Assembly: GCA_031430015.1 (NCBI GenBank)
Contig: JANPAR010000004.1
Span: 20,418-84,417, forward strand
Length of the DNA: 64,000 nucleotides
Source: Burkholderiales bacterium
GTDB lineage: Bacteria; Pseudomonadota; Gammaproteobacteria; Burkholderiales; JAEUOS01
Reading direction: 5' to 3'
The position numbers and the translations under genes were made by a program. Shown piece after piece: positions 10,891 to 21,827 of the stretch. The notes beneath the pieces are model-generated. The model was not told where the DNA came from. It was given only the letters and a program-made list of their open reading frames with translations, and did not search any database. How positions within the stretch are numbered: position 1 is the first letter of the stretch; each line of letters opens with the position of its first letter.

Positions 10891-11499
10891 TCAGGCCTTG
10901 CGGTCGCCGTGCGCGAGGTCGAGCAGCTTGATCGCACTTTGTTCCATCTCGACCACGTAGTCTTCGACGCAACCGCGGAAGTAGCGGTAAAAAATCAGCG
11001 CAGGCACGGCAATCATGATGCCGAAGCCGGTGTTGTAGAGCGCGACCGAAATGCCGTGGGCGAGCGCTTGCGGGTTGGTGCCGGAGGGCGACTGGCTGCC
11101 GAAAATTTCGATCATGCCGACCACCGTGCCGAACAATCCCATCAGCGGCGATGCGGTGGCGATGGTGCCGAGACCGTTGAGAAAGCGTTCGAGTTCATGC
11201 GTGACGATGCGACCGGACTCTTCTATCGCTTCCTTCATTACATAGCGCGAGCTTTTGTCATTGCGCAGACCGGCGGCGAGCACACGACCAAGGGGAGAAT
11301 TGTTTTCGACCTTATCGATCACTTCGGAGGTGATCTGCTTGTTTTTGTACAGGCCGAGCACCTCGGGCAGCAGTTGCGCGGGCAGCACTTTGGATTTGCG
11401 CAAAGCCAGCAGGCGTTCGATAATCAGCGCCACCGAGATGATCGAAGCGAGCAGCAGCGGGTAAATTGGCCAGCCCGCTTCATTGATGATTTTCCACAC
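10891..11499 (-). CDS. exbB: MotA/TolQ/ExbB-family proton channel protein
   Basis: 202 aa with three TM segments. C-terminal conserved block LGLFGTVVGMI..F and A.GISVALYNTGFGIMIAVPA. Confidence 0.85.
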   Translation of the reverse strand: MWKIINEAGWPIYPLLLASIISVALIIERLLALRKSKVLPAQLLPEVLGLYKNKQITSEVIDKVENNSPLGRVLAAGLRNDKSSRYVMKEAIEESGRIVTHELERFLNGLGTIATASPLMGLFGTVVGMIEIFGSQSPSGTNPQALAHGISVALYNTGFGIMIAVPALIFYRYFRGCVEDYVVEMEQSAIKLLDLAHGDRKA

Positions 11500-11602
11500 A
11501 GCGCAAATCCCTTTACAAAATGATGTCAGTTAGGCGCGCACCGCATCGGCTGCGGCGATACTCCCTGAGAACGGCAGCAAGTGTAGCCGAAACATCGCGC
11601 TC

Positions 11603-11648
11603 TTATCCACACATGCGGTGGATAAGTCTGTGGAAATCCTGTGGGCGG
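11603..11648. promoter_or_regulatory. Cluster of DnaA-box-like 9-mers in the exbB/xseA divergent spacer
   Basis: TTATCCACA (11603-11611) is a perfect consensus match. GGTGGATAA (11617-11625) is TTATCCACC on the other strand (8/9) and forms an 8-bp-arm inverted repeat with box 1. TGTGGAAAT (11629-11637) matches 7/9 and TGTGGGCGG (11640-11648) matches 5/9. The latter two share the orientation of box 2 at 12 and 11 bp offsets. Confidence 0.5.
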
Positions 11649-11652
11649 GAGC

Positions 11653-11682
11653 GCGCAAGGGCTTGTGGCGCAAGGACTTGTA
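11653..11682. repeat. 15-bp tandem direct repeat x2 upstream of xseA
   Basis: GCGCAAGGGCTTGTG / GCGCAAGGACTTGTA (13/15 identical), immediately after the DnaA-box cluster. The first copy contains another TGTGG core (11664-11672). Confidence 0.8.
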
Positions 11683-11737
11683 TTAGGGTGCCTGCGAAAT
11701 ACGCAGCGCCGCCGGGAAACCACCGGGCGAGGCCTGC

Positions 11738-13159
11738 ATGCTGAGCCGACCGGATTTTGAATTGAGCGCAGGCGTCGGCACTGCGCCAAGCGCAGCTGAC
11801 GCCGCCTGCTCTGTCTCGGAACTCAACCGCCGCGCGCGCAGCCTGCTTGAAGGCGCGATTGGCCGTGTGCGCGTGCGTGGCGAAATCTCCGGTTTCAGCC
11901 GCGCCGCCTCGGGGCACATTTATTTTTCACTCAAGGACGAAGGGGCGCAGGTGCGCTGCGCGCTTTGGCGCAGCAAGGCGGGCGCGCTCTCGTTCGAGCC
12001 GAAAAACGGCGACGCGGTTGAAGTGCGCGCTTCCGTCACGCTGTTCGAAGCGCGCGGGGAATACCAGTTGAGTATCGAGTCGATGCGCCGTGCCGGCGCG
12101 GGTGCGCTGTACGAACAATTTTTGCGTCTGAAAGACAAGCTCGCCGGCGAGGGGCTGTTCGACGCAGAGCGCAAGCGTGCGTTGCCTGCGATGCCGCGCG
12201 GCATCGGCGTCGTCACCTCGTTGCAGGCGGCGGCGCTGCGCGACGTGCTCGCCACGCTGGCGCGCCGCGCGCCGATGACTCCAGTGATCGTGTTTCCCGC
12301 GCCGGTGCAGGGCGAAGGTGTGGCGGCGCTGATCGCCACTGCGATTGGAGAGGCAGGACGATATGCAGACACCGCTCAGCCAGCGGGCCACTATGGACGC
12401 AGGGCTGCGGTGATTGACGTGCTCATCGTCTGCCGTGGCGGTGGCTCGATGGAAGATTTGTGGGCGTTCAACGAAGAAGTGGTCGCGCGCGCGATCGCTG
12501 CCTGCCCGGTGCCGGTGGTTTCGGGCGTTGGACACGAAACCGATTTCACGATTACCGACTGGGTCGCTGACCTGCGCGCGCCAACGCCGACCGCGGCAGC
12601 GGAACTGGTGAGCCCCGATATCGAAGACATGCAAGCGCAACTGGCAAGCGCAGCGGCCGCGCTCTCGCAGGCCACGGCGCGCTGCCTGGTGGACGCACAA
12701 CAGCGGCTCGACTGGCTGGCGCGCGCGTTGGTGCCGCCCTCCGCACGCCTGGCGATGCAGCGGCAGCGCCTCACGCATCTGTGCGCGCGGCTGCGCGCCG
12801 TGACGGCATCCGCTCTGGCCGCACACGCTGCGCGCTGCGCGCAAGCACAGGGGCGGCTGCGTGCGCCGCGGCTGGCGCGGCAACTATTGCAACTAGCCCA
12901 TGCACGCAAACGCTTGACTGGCGCGGCTCTTGGTGGCATGACGGCCCAAGAGGCGCATCTGGAGAGGCTCTTGGGGGCGTTGCAGCTGTTGAATCCCCAA
13001 CGCGTGTTGGAGCGTGGCTTTGCCATTGTGAGCAATGCGCAGGGGCGCGTGGTGCGCGATGCCAATTCGCTGGCGGCACACGACGTGCTGGACATCGTGC
13101 TTGCCAGCGGTGGGGTGGCGGCGAGTGTGACCAATGTGACCAAGGTACGCCTGCCTTAA
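11738..13159 (+). CDS. xseA: Exodeoxyribonuclease VII large subunit
   Basis: N-terminal OB-fold region SVSELNRRARSLLEGAIGRVRVRGEISGFSRAASGHIYFSLKD, catalytic core GVVTS..AA..D and RGGGS.EDLW.FN, plus a long Ala/Arg-rich coiled C-terminus. Confidence 0.9.
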   Translation: MLSRPDFELSAGVGTAPSAADAACSVSELNRRARSLLEGAIGRVRVRGEISGFSRAASGHIYFSLKDEGAQVRCALWRSKAGALSFEPKNGDAVEVRASVTLFEARGEYQLSIESMRRAGAGALYEQFLRLKDKLAGEGLFDAERKRALPAMPRGIGVVTSLQAAALRDVLATLARRAPMTPVIVFPAPVQGEGVAALIATAIGEAGRYADTAQPAGHYGRRAAVIDVLIVCRGGGSMEDLWAFNEEVVARAIAACPVPVVSGVGHETDFTITDWVADLRAPTPTAAAELVSPDIEDMQAQLASAAAALSQATARCLVDAQQRLDWLARALVPPSARLAMQRQRLTHLCARLRAVTASALAAHAARCAQAQGRLRAPRLARQLLQLAHARKRLTGAALGGMTAQEAHLERLLGALQLLNPQRVLERGFAIVSNAQGRVVRDANSLAAHDVLDIVLASGGVAASVTNVTKVRLP

Positions 13160-13255
13160 ATACAACCGCCTTATAACCTGAGGCCAAGGAGCGCTGGCGT
13201 TAAATGCGACGACCTTAAATTGTGACCAAGGCGCGGCTGCCCTAAAATGCGCAGG
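13154..13255. repeat. Imperfect approximately 43-bp tandem repeat (about 2.4 copies) carrying five CCTTAAAT-like octamers
   Basis: Octamers are at 13154 (CCTTAAAT), 13169 (CCTTATAA), 13198 (CGTTAAAT), 13213 (CCTTAAAT) and 13240 (CCCTAAAAT). CCAAGG(A)GCGC is also repeated (13184, 13225). The first copy overlaps the xseA stop codon. Confidence 0.75.
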
Positions 13256-13328
13256 CAATATCTGCGGTGCCCGCATTACTATTACCCTGCCATTACTTTG
13301 ATGTACGCTTGTTCCCGTTCCGGTTCAC

Positions 13329-13357
13329 TTGACCGGATTGTCCCTGCAACATATAGC
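13329..13357 (+). promoter_or_regulatory. Candidate sigma70 promoter for sodB
   Basis: TTGACC (13329-13334), a 17-nt spacer, then TATAGC (13352-13357), about 70 nt upstream of the sodB ATG. Based on pattern match only. Confidence 0.3.
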
Positions 13358-13429
13358 TCATCACCCGTGCGTCTGCCCGCTTAACCGCGAGGTTGACCGC
13401 GACTTGCGATCACGACTGGAGAACCACGA

Positions 13430-14008
13430 ATGGAACACAAACTGCCCACCCTTCCTTACGCGCTGGACGCTCTCGCGCCGCATTTGTCGAAGGAAACTCT
13501 CGAATTTCACTACGGCAAGCATCATCAGACCTATGTGACCAACTTGAACAATCTGATCAAAGGTACCGAGTTTGAAAACATGGACCTCGAGGCGATTGTC
13601 AAAAAATCGTCCGGTGGCATGTTCAACAACGCCGCGCAGATTTGGAATCACACGTTTTACTGGATGGGGTTGAAGCCGGGAGGCGGCGGTGAACCCACTG
13701 GCGCGCTGGCAGACGCCATCAACAAAAAATGGGGATCGTTCGCCAAGTTCAAGGAAGAGTTCAATAAATGCGCTGTCGGCACCTTTGGTTCGGGCTGGGC
13801 CTGGCTGGTCAAAAAGGCTGACGGCTCGCTCGATATGGTATCGACATCGAACGCGGCAACTCCGCTCACCGGTGCCGACAAGCCGCTGCTGACCTGCGAC
13901 GTGTGGGAGCATGCCTACTACATCGATTACCGCAACGTGCGTCCGAAGTATCTGGAAGGTTTTTGGAATCTGGTGAACTGGGAATTTGCGGCCAAGAATC
14001 TGGCCTGA
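13430..14008 (+). CDS. sodB: Iron superoxide dismutase
   Basis: [37 protein letters not shown]-terminus and C-terminal [13 protein letters not shown] metal-ligand motif. Length 192 aa. Confidence 0.95.
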   Translation: MEHKLPTLPYALDALAPHLSKETLEFHYGKHHQTYVTNLNNLIKGTEFENMDLEAIVKKSSGGMFNNAAQIWNHTFYWMGLKPGGGGEPTGALADAINKKWGSFAKFKEEFNKCAVGTFGSGWAWLVKKADGSLDMVSTSNAATPLTGADKPLLTCDVWEHAYYIDYRNVRPKYLEGFWNLVNWEFAAKNLA

Positions 14009-14158
14009 GCAAGACTGGCCAGCGCGAAAGCCGCAGCGGTTCGCAAAGTAGCGGCAGCGGCCAGCAAGGCAGCCGCAGTGGCTGGCAGGTCTGGCCGTCG
14101 CCGAGTAGCGCCATCCGGCGCATGACTTGAAGAAGCGAAGAAGCGAAAGGAGAGCAGC

Positions 14159-14737
14159 ATGGGTAGCATTTTTCAATCGTTGGGACGTTCGGTCATCGCA
14201 GGTGTGGTGCTGCTGGCAGCCCTCATTGCCGTGTTTGGCAACATCAAGATGGGCCACGCCTGGGGGTCGTTTTTCATGCGCTGGCTGCACGTGATGTGCG
14301 GGGTGATGTGGGTCGGGCTGCTCTGGTATTTCAACTTCGTGCAAATACCTTCGATGCCGAAAATTACGGATGAGCAAAAAGCGGCAGTCTCGAAAGTGAT
14401 TGCGCCCACTGCGCTGTTCTGGTTTCGCTGGGCGGCGCTGGCCACAGTTGTCACCGGCTTGCTGCTGTCGGGCATGAGCGGCTCGCTTGTATTGGGGTTG
14501 ACCCTGCAAAAGCCTTATGTGGCCATCGGTATCGGCATGTGGATCGCGCTGGTGATGGCGTTTAACGTCTGGTTCATTATTTGGCCAAATCAGAAGAAAG
14601 CGCTGGGGATTGTGGCCGTGGACGCAGCGCCCAAAGCCGCTGCTGCACGCTTGGCGATGTTGACATCTCGATTCAACACCATGCTGTCGATTCCCATGCT
14701 TTATTGCATGGTGGCGCAGCAAAACGGCGGTTTGTAG
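14159..14737 (+). CDS. Integral membrane protein resembling the N-terminal membrane domain of urate hydroxylase PuuD (no cytochrome c domain)
   Basis: 192 aa with 4-5 TM segments. Motif HVMCGVMWVGLLWYFNFVQ. A good RBS (AAGGAGAG) precedes the ATG. The family assignment is from memory and tentative. Confidence 0.65.
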   Translation: MGSIFQSLGRSVIAGVVLLAALIAVFGNIKMGHAWGSFFMRWLHVMCGVMWVGLLWYFNFVQIPSMPKITDEQKAAVSKVIAPTALFWFRWAALATVVTGLLLSGMSGSLVLGLTLQKPYVAIGIGMWIALVMAFNVWFIIWPNQKKALGIVAVDAAPKAAAARLAMLTSRFNTMLSIPMLYCMVAQQNGGL

Positions 14738-14797
14738 AATGGATTGGAGCGCCGGGCGCGCGGAAGTCTGCGCGCATTGACTAATGCACATTGATTC

Positions 14798-14825
14798 AAA
14801 AACGGGGCCTTGCGGCCCCTTTTTC
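14798..14825 (+). terminator. Intrinsic terminator after the 14159-14737 gene
   Basis: GGGGCC-TTGC-GGCCCC (14804-14819) followed by TTTTT, flanked upstream by AAAAA. Confidence 0.7.
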
Positions 14826-14941
14826 ATTCCGGGTGCGAGCGTAAAATGCGCAGCCGCAGGCATCGCGTCCTGCACACTCTCCCGCGCGAAATCCTCATGC
14901 CAGTTTGTCAATGCCGCACCGTGTGATGGCGGCGCTGCCCC

Positions 14942-16699
14942 ATGATTCCCCAGTCATTCATTCAGGATTTGCTCAACCGCGTTGACATCGTCGATGTAGT
15001 GGGCAAGCACGTGCAGCTCAAAAAAGGCGGCGCCAACCTGATGGGGCTGTGCCCGTTTCACAACGAGAAATCACCGTCGTTCACGGTCAGCCCGGCCAAG
15101 CAGTTCTATCACTGCTTTGGCTGCGGCGTGCACGGCTCGGCCATCGGCTTTTTGATGGAGCACGCGGGCCTGACCTACGTGGAGGCGATCAAGGATCTGG
15201 CGCAGTCAGTGGGCCTGACCGTGCCGGAAGAGCGCGGCAGCGCCCCGCGCCGCGACGGCCCCGACAGCAGCGCGCTGATGGCGCTGATGGAGCGTGCCGC
15301 GCGTTTTTATATTGACACACTCAAGGTCTCGCCCGAAGCGATTGCCTATCTCAAGGGGCGCGGTCTCACTGGCGAGATCGCGCGCACGTTTGGCCTGGGT
15401 TACGTGCCTGATGAGTGGAATAGTTTGCAAACCGTTTTCGCCGAAGAGTATGCGGGCAAGGCTATGCTCGATACGGGGCTGGTCATCGACAGTGAAAAAG
15501 GTTCGCGCTATGACCGTTTTCGCGGCCGCGTGATGTTCCCGATTCGAAGCACGCGTGGCGCGGTGATCGGTTTTGGCGGGCGCGTCACCGGCGCGGGCGA
15601 GCCGAAATACTTGAACTCGCCGGAGACGCCGCTGTTTGAAAAAGGACGCGAGTTGTACGGCCTGTTCGAAGCGCGTCAGGCGATCCGCGCCGCCGCCAAA
15701 GTGCTGGTGGTCGAAGGCTATATGGACGTGGTGGCCTTGGCGCAAATGGGTGTCGGCTACGCGGTGGCGACGCTCGGCACGGCCTGCACGCCGGCGCACG
15801 TGCAAAAGCTGGTCAAGCAGGCCGATCGCGTAATTTTCAGTTTTGATGGTGATGGTGCCGGCCGCCGCGCCGCCTGGCGCGCTCTCGAAAATAGCCTCGC
15901 CCTCACCAGTGACGATAAGGTGTTCTCGTTTTTGTTTTTGCCCGAAGAGCACGACCCCGACACCTTCATTCGCGAGTTCGGGCGCGATGACTTTGAGAAC
16001 TTGGTGGACGGTGCGATGCCGCTGTCGCGGTTCTTGGTGCGCGAGCTGGCTGCGGAAAATGATCTGACCTCAGCCGAAGGACGTGCCGGCTTGGTGAGCG
16101 CCGCCAAGCCGCATCTGCAGCGCATCACTGCGCCCGGCCTGCGCCTCGCCATCGTCAAGCAAATCGCCGAGTTGGCCGGAATGACACCGCTGGAGGTCGA
16201 GACCCTGTGCGATCTCAAGGGTCAGGCCGCCTACGTACGGGCCGCGCCACTACGCGTGGCGCGTGCGCCGGTCACTTCGCTCGACGAGCAAATGCTGCGC
16301 TTGCTGGTACGCGCGCCGCATTTGGCGACGTTGGCCGAAACCGAAGAGCAGCGCCACGTACTGCCCGAAGGCTCGCCGGTGCGGGCGATGATTGATGCCA
16401 TCTGCTCGACCGACAATCCGGTGTCCTCCACCGGTCTCACCGAGATGTTTGCCGAGACCGATGTCGCGCCCTTTTTGCGCCGCGCGCTGGTCGAAGAGCT
16501 GGAAATCGACAAAGAGCCGGACATCGTCGAAGCCGAGTTTCGCCACGCTCTCAAGACCCTGCGCGATCAGTGGCGGCGCGCACGCACGGCGCACATCATC
16601 GCTGCCGAAATGGGGAATCCGGCCGCACGCGCCGAGCTTGCCGCCTTGATTGCCGAGGAAGGTGCTTCTAAGTCTATGGCGTCAGCATCAACGGAGTGA
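14942..16699 (+). CDS. dnaG: DNA primase
   Basis: Zinc-ribbon CPFHNEKSPSFTVSPAKQFYHCFGCGVHG, RNA polymerase core, Toprim EGYMDV..L and FDGDGAGRRAA, and a C-terminal helicase-interaction domain. Confidence 0.95.
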   Translation: MIPQSFIQDLLNRVDIVDVVGKHVQLKKGGANLMGLCPFHNEKSPSFTVSPAKQFYHCFGCGVHGSAIGFLMEHAGLTYVEAIKDLAQSVGLTVPEERGSAPRRDGPDSSALMALMERAARFYIDTLKVSPEAIAYLKGRGLTGEIARTFGLGYVPDEWNSLQTVFAEEYAGKAMLDTGLVIDSEKGSRYDRFRGRVMFPIRSTRGAVIGFGGRVTGAGEPKYLNSPETPLFEKGRELYGLFEARQAIRAAAKVLVVEGYMDVVALAQMGVGYAVATLGTACTPAHVQKLVKQADRVIFSFDGDGAGRRAAWRALENSLALTSDDKVFSFLFLPEEHDPDTFIREFGRDDFENLVDGAMPLSRFLVRELAAENDLTSAEGRAGLVSAAKPHLQRITAPGLRLAIVKQIAELAGMTPLEVETLCDLKGQAAYVRAAPLRVARAPVTSLDEQMLRLLVRAPHLATLAETEEQRHVLPEGSPVRAMIDAICSTDNPVSSTGLTEMFAETDVAPFLRRALVEELEIDKEPDIVEAEFRHALKTLRDQWRRARTAHIIAAEMGNPAARAELAALIAEEGASKSMASASTE

Positions 16700-16860
16700 T
16701 GCGACCTCAAATTTACGCAGAATAATGCTATAATTCAAAGCTTTACTTCGTTTGGCGAATCTGCCCGCAACCCACTTTTCGGACAGTTTTGCCGTTCATC
16801 GCTTCCGCCGTAATTTGCATCAATCGTCCGGTGGGGGCGACTTCTTTTCGAGGCAATCGC

Positions 16861-19227
<2,367 letters not shown>

Positions 19228-19233
19228 ACCACC

Positions 19234-19310
19234 GGGCCGTTAGCTCAGCTGGTTAGAGCAGAGGACTCATAATCCTTTGGTCGTAGGTTCAAGTCCTACA
19301 CGGCCTACCA
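19234..19310 (+). tRNA. ileX: tRNA with anticodon CAU, most likely tRNA-Ile2 (lysidine-modified) rather than elongator Met
   Basis: 77-nt cloverleaf GGGCCGT/ACGGCCT acceptor stem plus an encoded CCA. Anticodon loop is CT-CAT-AA (CAT at 19268-19270), with a T-arm GGTTCAAGTCC. It closely resembles my recollection of E. coli ileX. It has the C4:G69 and C5:G68 pairs reported as TilS determinants. It lies just downstream of rpoD, as ileX does in E. coli. Confidence 0.85.
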
Positions 19311-19495
19311 ACTCGCGGAGCATCGTCTACCAAGGCTCTCCGCCAATACAAGCCAGATTTTTTTGGGCTTTCTTCGCAGTCTTGTTGGTAATTTTCAGCT
19401 CGAGGTGTCACAGTGTGGCCCTTTGGCGCCCTTGGTGCGGGTGAGCTTGTCGCTTGGCGGCGTTGCCGTCCGCGTTTTTTTTTTGGAGGATCGAT

Positions 19496-19873
19496 ATGGC
19501 TCGCCTCGCATGGATGGCGCTTGCAGTCTTGCTTGCATCGTGCGCCACAACCGCCGGCTACGAAAAGATACTCAATTCGTGGGTAGGGCGGGAAGAGATA
19601 GATTTGGTGCGAACCTGGGGGCCCCCGCTGCAAACTTACGAAACCGCCGGTCGCAAATTCCTGTCGTACTCGTCGGAGAAAATGGTTTACCGGCCAGCCT
19701 CACCCGGCATCGTTCACACGACGAGGCTAGGCAATGGGGCGTATTCGTCAAGGGTATTGGGTGGCGTTGGTTCGTCTCTCACGCATTTCTCTTGCCAAAC
19801 CGTCTTCGAATTGGATGGCACCAAGGTTGTATCGTGGACGCACAACGGCAATGCGTGCAAGGCAGACGACTAG
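19496..19873 (+). CDS. Small hypothetical lipoprotein
   Basis: MARLAWMALAVLLASC lipobox (LLAS/C) at the internal ATG, preceded by a GGAGGA RBS and a T11 tract. 125 aa and no recognised family. Confidence 0.6.
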   Translation: MARLAWMALAVLLASCATTAGYEKILNSWVGREEIDLVRTWGPPLQTYETAGRKFLSYSSEKMVYRPASPGIVHTTRLGNGAYSSRVLGGVGSSLTHFSCQTVFELDGTKVVSWTHNGNACKADD

Positions 19874-19886
19874 GGCGAGTCATTGC

Positions 19887-21194
19887 CTACAGAAATAGCT
19901 GCAATAAATCGTTCAGGAATACGCGGCCACGCTCGGTGGGCGCGATGCGCAGGTGATCGCGCGTGATGAGACCCTTGGCTTCGGCTTCCTTCAGCGCTTG
20001 CTCTACGCTGCTGACCGGCAGGCCGGTACGTTCACCAAACTCGCGTACTGCGAAACCCTTGGTGAGACGGAGCGCATTCATCACGTACTCGAACGGCAAT
20101 TCGTTGGTGGTGACTTCCCGCTCTTCGGCTAGCGGCGCATCCGCTTCACAGCCCGCCATGTAGCTCTCCGGCTGGCGCAGCTTCGCCGTCCGCAGGATGC
20201 GGTGCGCGAACGAGAGCTTGCCGTGCGCGCCGGCGCCGATGCCGAGGTAGTCACCGAAACGCCAGTAATTGATGTTGTGGCGGCTTTGATGCCCTGGCTT
20301 GGCGTAGGCCGAGGTCTCATAGTGCTCGTAGCCTGCGCTGGCCAGGCGTGACTCGATCAGCGTTTGCATCTCCGCTGCCACGTCATCATCCGGCAACAGG
20401 GGCGGATATTTTGCGAACACCGTGTTCGGTTCGAGTGTGAGGTGGTAGTACGACAGATGCGGTGGATCGAAGCTGAGCGCAGTGTCGATTTCGGCCTGCA
20501 ATTGCGTGAGATTCTGCCCAGGCAAGGCGTACATCAGATCGAGATTGAAATTGTCGAACAGTTTTGCAGCGATCTCGATGGCCTTGCGCGCTTCGTTGCC
20601 GTCGTGGATGCGGCCGAGTGACTGCAACTGCACCTTGTCGAAACTTTGGACGCCAATCGAGAGGCGGTTGACGCCGTTGTCGCGGTAGGCGGCGAACTTC
20701 TCCGCTTCAAACGTGCCGGGGTTGGCTTCCAGAGTGATTTCGGCATCGGCCTCCAAGCCGCTCCTGGAGCGGATCTCCGACATGAGTCTCGCGAAACCCT
20801 TGGGAGACAACAGGCTTGGCGTACCCCCGCCGAAGAAAATCGTGTGAATGCGGCGGCCCCAAATCAGCGGCAGCGACAACTCCAGATCACGGATCAGTGC
20901 GTCGATGTAGCGCGCTTCGGGGATGGCCGTGTTGCCATCCACGGCGTGCGAATTGAAGTCACAGTAGGGGCATTTTTTGACGCACCAGGGAAAATGCACG
21001 TAGAGCGAGAGGGGAGGCAGGCTGGCGAGGGTGATTTGGCCCGGCTGCGTGTGGGCAGTGACGGCATTGAAGCGGCCTGCGCGTGCATTGAGTGAGTTGG
21101 GCTCCGGAGAAGACACTCCCAGTCCTGCCGGGCTGGTCCGACTGCCCGGCAGCTTTGCGCCCGCCGGCGTGATCAGTTTGATCGGGATTACCAC
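19887..21194 (-). CDS. hemW: Radical SAM heme chaperone HemW (oxygen-independent coproporphyrinogen-III oxidase-like)
   Basis: LYVHFPWCVKKCPYCDFNS CxxxCxxC motif, FFGGGTPS and the HemN_C-like C-terminus. It lies in the conserved rph-rdgB-hemW order. The start is uncertain because the N-terminal approximately 60 aa are not conserved-looking. Confidence 0.85.
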   Translation of the reverse strand: MVIPIKLITPAGAKLPGSRTSPAGLGVSSPEPNSLNARAGRFNAVTAHTQPGQITLASLPPLSLYVHFPWCVKKCPYCDFNSHAVDGNTAIPEARYIDALIRDLELSLPLIWGRRIHTIFFGGGTPSLLSPKGFARLMSEIRSRSGLEADAEITLEANPGTFEAEKFAAYRDNGVNRLSIGVQSFDKVQLQSLGRIHDGNEARKAIEIAAKLFDNFNLDLMYALPGQNLTQLQAEIDTALSFDPPHLSYYHLTLEPNTVFAKYPPLLPDDDVAAEMQTLIESRLASAGYEHYETSAYAKPGHQSRHNINYWRFGDYLGIGAGAHGKLSFAHRILRTAKLRQPESYMAGCEADAPLAEEREVTTNELPFEYVMNALRLTKGFAVREFGERTGLPVSSVEQALKEAEAKGLITRDHLRIAPTERGRVFLNDLLQLFL

Positions 21195-21778
21195 TGTTCC
21201 TGGATCAGTGCCGCCAGCCGCCGCAAGGCCTTGCCGCGGTGGCTGACCAGGTTTTTTTCGCGCGCGTCGAGTTCAGCGGCGGTCTTGCCCAGATCCGGCA
21301 GCAGGAAGTAGGGGTCGTAACCGAAGCCATTGTCACCGCGTGGCACCTCAACTACTTCGCCGGCCCAGCGTCCTTCGGCAATCAGCGGCTGCGGATCTGC
21401 AGCGTGACGCACCACCACCAGTGCCGCGAAGTAGTAGGCCGCCCTGTCATCATTGCCTTTTAGCGCGGCGACGAGTTTCTGGTTGTTGCGCTCGTCTGAC
21501 TTCGGCTCACCGGCGTAGCGTGCAGATATCACACCGGGTGCTCCGCGCAGTGCATGAACGCAAATGCCCGAGTCGTCGGCGAGCGCGGGCATGCCGGTGT
21601 ATTGCGCCGCGTTGCGCGCCTTGGCCAGTGCGTTCTCGACAAAGGTCGGATGCGGCTCTTCGGCTTCCGGCACGTTGAACGCCGACTGCGGCACCACCTT
21701 GAAGCCGAGCGGTTGCAGGATCGCTTCAATTTCGCGCAGCTTGCCCGCGTTGTTGGAGGCGATGACGATTTCTTTCAT
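21188..21778 (-). CDS. rdgB: dITP/XTP pyrophosphatase (RdgB/HAM1 family)
   Basis: MKEIVIASNNAGKLREI N-terminus at the internal ATG (track residue 28). Motifs TFVENALAKAR, ADDSG and FGYDP.F are present. Confidence 0.9.
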   Translation of the reverse strand: MKEIVIASNNAGKLREIEAILQPLGFKVVPQSAFNVPEAEEPHPTFVENALAKARNAAQYTGMPALADDSGICVHALRGAPGVISARYAGEPKSDERNNQKLVAALKGNDDRAAYYFAALVVVRHAADPQPLIAEGRWAGEVVEVPRGDNGFGYDPYFLLPDLGKTAAELDAREKNLVSHRGKALRRLAALIQEQW

Positions 21779-21827
21779 GGGGTTGTCCGTGGAAAGCGGA
21801 ATCCTGAGCAGCGTGGTGCGCTGCAGC

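Noticed and set aside
11500-11737. Possibility that the DnaA-box cluster marks the chromosomal origin (oriC).
   Set aside because: There is no adjacent AT-rich unwinding element or 13-mer-like repeats, and no dnaA, dnaN, gidA or parAB nearby. Only one or two boxes are strong. A regulatory or titration role is more plausible than an origin.
13361-14911. 516-aa minus-strand ORF spanning sodB and the downstream membrane-protein gene. Similar long opposite-strand ORFs occur at 3933-4994, 10318-11523, 17857-18933, 23506-24567, 25871-27043, 27203-28861, 30467-31609, 31512-32669, 32651-33934, 34275-35063, 38482-39744, 41902-43188, 50484-51593 and 57369-58310.
   Set aside because: Each lies antisense to a gene with unmistakable conserved motifs. 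Their translations are Arg/Ala/Gly/His-rich with no recognisable domains. This is the usual stop-codon-poor shadow-frame artefact of GC-rich DNA.
14738-14941. Expected rpsU gene upstream of dnaG, as in the E. coli rpsU-dnaG-rpoD operon.
   Set aside because: The 204-nt spacer contains a terminator and no S21-like ORF. rpsU is evidently elsewhere in this genome.
16705-16740. Perfect TATAAT hexamer (16729-16734) between dnaG and rpoD as an rpoD-proximal promoter.
   Set aside because: No acceptable -35 element is found at 16-18 nt spacing (TTTACG is only 11 nt away). It may still be an extended or alternative-sigma promoter, but this cannot be supported from sequence alone.
19311-19886. Genomic island integrated at the tRNA 3' end.
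   Set aside because: Only one small lipoprotein gene follows the tRNA before the conserved hemW-rdgB-rph block. No integrase, no direct repeat of the tRNA 3' end and no obvious compositional break were seen.
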